Source: an uncultured Acidobacteriota bacterium
GTDB taxonomy: Bacteria > Acidobacteriota > Polarisedimenticolia > J045
DNA length: 64,000 nt
Reading direction: 5' to 3'
Assembly (NCBI GenBank): GCA_963702425.1
Contig: CAVPCQ010000019.1
Coordinates: 96,001 to 160,000 of the forward strand
Under the pieces are notes generated by a model. That model was given only the letters and a program-made list of their open reading frames with translations. It did no database searches and was not told the DNA's origin. The translations under genes were made by a program, and so were the position numbers. Below, one piece after another: positions 61,994 through 64,000 of this stretch; within the stretch, counting starts at the first letter, position 1; each line of letters starts with the position of its first letter.

Positions 61994-63238
61994 TCAGGAT
62001 CGCCACGCCCAGCCCAGCGCGCCGAGGCGTTCGCGCCAGCGGGTCACCTTCGCCCCGTCCCATCCCAGCAGGAGCACCGTCGTTACGAACAGCGCGGCCA
62101 GCGCTTTCGCGCGCAGAAGTGCCCGCTCTGCTTCGCCACGCACCGCCGCGTCCGCACCGAACTCGCGCAGCACCCGGCGGACCAGGAACGCCGCGCCCCC
62201 TCCGGGGGGATCGATCAGGCAAAGGTGCGAAACGTGCTCGAGCGGCCACCACGGTTCGTCCTCGAGGGGCAGGGAAGCGCCCAGGCTCAGGGCGTGGTCG
62301 GCCAGGCGGCGCCGGAGGGCCGTACGCGGCCAGGGGGACCGGGGGGGCGAGGGAGGGACTGCGGTGCCCCAGAGCGACGCGGAAAGCCCCAGCACGTGCC
62401 TGAGGAATCCGCGGGCCCCCGCCTGGTCGGCGACCGCAGCCAGGCGGCAGTCGCCGCCGCCGTCGTTGGCACAGCCGGCCCCCGCCGCCATCCGAGATCG
62501 GGCCACGTCGGACAGGTCACGGATCGCCTGCCCCGGTCCTTGACAGGCGTGCCAGGCGAGGTACACCACCTCGTCGTCCGCGGGCGGGAGCAGAACGGTC
62601 CCCGCGCGGATTTCCGCGCTCCGGGCCTCGCGCCACCAGCGCTCGACGTCGAACCGCACGGGGGAGTCGCCCGGCGTGACCTCCCAATGCAACTCGATCA
62701 TCCGGCCCACCCGCCGCTCCGGGTGGATCCACGACGCGTGGAACGGCTCGAACGGCATACGTCTGCCGGAGGTGAGCCGGAACCCCGCTTCGGCGAGCAC
62801 GCGCTCGGCCGCCGGCTGATCCGCTCGTCGCACCAGCAGGTCGATGTCCCGGGCCGCGCGCAGCCACGGCAGGCGGTAGAACCGCTCCGCCAGCGCAAGC
62901 CCCTTCAACGCGATCACCGGGATCCCGTGGCGGCGGAATCCGTCAAGCACCTGACCGGCGACGACGACCTGCGTCAGGCAATTCGTCTGGGCGTCCGCAA
63001 CGAGCGCCTCGAATGCCTCGCGATCGCGCGCCGGCACGATCTCCTGCGGTGCGCGCTCGAGCACGAATTCCGCAACGATCGGCGCGGCGCGGTGAAGTGA
63101 CGCGACCGTGCGCAGCCGCGTCCAGTCGATGCCGGAGAAGTCGGCCGGGCCGAGTGGCCCTGCGTCGCGGTGCGGATCGCACGCCATGGCGACGAGATGG
63201 AGCTCGGGGGCGGCCACGTGATTCGATGAGCGCTTCAT
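61994..63238 (-). CDS. Uncharacterised nucleotidyltransferase family (NTP_transf_5-like)
   Basis: LKGLALA..Y..PWLR..DIDLLV, IELHW, YLAWH, IRDLSDV. Confidence 0.85.
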   Translation of the reverse strand: MKRSSNHVAAPELHLVAMACDPHRDAGPLGPADFSGIDWTRLRTVASLHRAAPIVAEFVLERAPQEIVPARDREAFEALVADAQTNCLTQVVVAGQVLDGFRRHGIPVIALKGLALAERFYRLPWLRAARDIDLLVRRADQPAAERVLAEAGFRLTSGRRMPFEPFHASWIHPERRVGRMIELHWEVTPGDSPVRFDVERWWREARSAEIRAGTVLLPPADDEVVYLAWHACQGPGQAIRDLSDVARSRMAAGAGCANDGGGDCRLAAVADQAGARGFLRHVLGLSASLWGTAVPPSPPRSPWPRTALRRRLADHALSLGASLPLEDEPWWPLEHVSHLCLIDPPGGGAAFLVRRVLREFGADAAVRGEAERALLRAKALAALFVTTVLLLGWDGAKVTRWRERLGALGWAWRS

Positions 63239-64000
63239 GGCGCTGGAAGCCTAGCATTGCGCCGGCCGCAGGCGGGCCGCAGCGTTTCGTGCCCGCGCCT
63301 CGAGAGCCTCCACGGCGAGCGCCCGTCGTCGGGCCGAGAGTGCTGCAGCTCGTCGGCGACGGGCGGGCCCGCGATGCGGCGAAAGCGCTGCTCGAGCAGC
63401 CGACAAGACAGCGAGCACCGCAGTTCAGGACCGGCTCCACTGCCGCACTCCAGGACCAGGACTCCGTGCGTGCTCGGGGAACCACATCACGATCACTCGG
63501 GCTGACCTGATTGGGGGGAAGGGCATGCGCACCGCCGCGATCCGGAACGGGGCCTGTGACCTCTGGTCGCTTCAGCCTGCGCAGCGCCGGGCGTCTTTTC
63601 CGCCGCGTTGGCGAGTTGGCGAGCGTCGGCGCCGCTTCACGACCCGGAGGCGGTTCACCTGCGGGATCTCTCGCCGGGCTGGAGGGACGACTCTTGCAAG
63701 GCGCCCGCCGCTGGATCACTGGGGGCCTCCTGTTCCGGAGCGATCGTCCCGGGCGAGCCGCCCCGGCCGGCCAGGCGGATTGGGGAGGGCATCCCTGCGG
63801 TCACCGCGCGGCATGGGCCGACCTTTTCGCTGCGCTTTCGTCAGTCAGCGCTCCGAGCCGGGGCCAGTGCCTCGCGTCCCATCGCTCCCGGGTGTCCTCT
63901 TCCGGACACCCGGGGAATGTGCCGGATAAAGGCTGATAAGCCGGAACGATTCCGGATTTTTGAGTCTTCTTTCGGTTGAGAATCTGAAGAATCGGCGTAT

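Noticed and set aside
63250-64000. ORFs at the window end
   Set aside because: No recognisable motifs; probably intergenic or regulatory with an AT-richer end
1-64000. tRNA or rRNA genes
   Set aside because: None recognised by eye; a covariance-model scan was not possible

Overview
High-GC bacterial window, probably Acidobacteriota (inferred from gene style, not proven). It has four parts. (1) 1-12.7 kb: a DUF389 gene, a non-pyrrolysine MttB methyltransferase, an AAA/DUF4143 ATPase, a secreted Kelch protein behind a clean sigma-54 promoter, an NtrC-type two-component pair and a PAP2 phosphatase. It also holds the best candidate for a new system, a RiPP-like cassette of a 62-aa YxxP-leader peptide with a Gly/His tail, an HPr-kinase-like enzyme and a stand-alone PqqD/RRE. 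(2) 12.8-24.4 kb: IS debris, an orphan carboxyltransferase and a stranded block of polysaccharide genes. (3) 24.5-43.1 kb: a nested mobile-element graveyard. It contains IS66, IS21, ISL3, ISAzo13, IS630 and IS256 pieces, and a TGT..ACA DDE/ExeA transposon interrupted exactly at a catalytic Asp codon by a three-recombinase RIT element. A beta-helix gene and a GT-C-like gene also lie here. (4) 43.3-63.2 kb: an intact divergent exopolysaccharide cluster of the PEP-CTERM/XrtA-associated type, ending with asnB and a nucleotidyltransferase. Many single-base frameshifts are present and may be assembly errors. All family calls are motif recognition by eye, without database searches.
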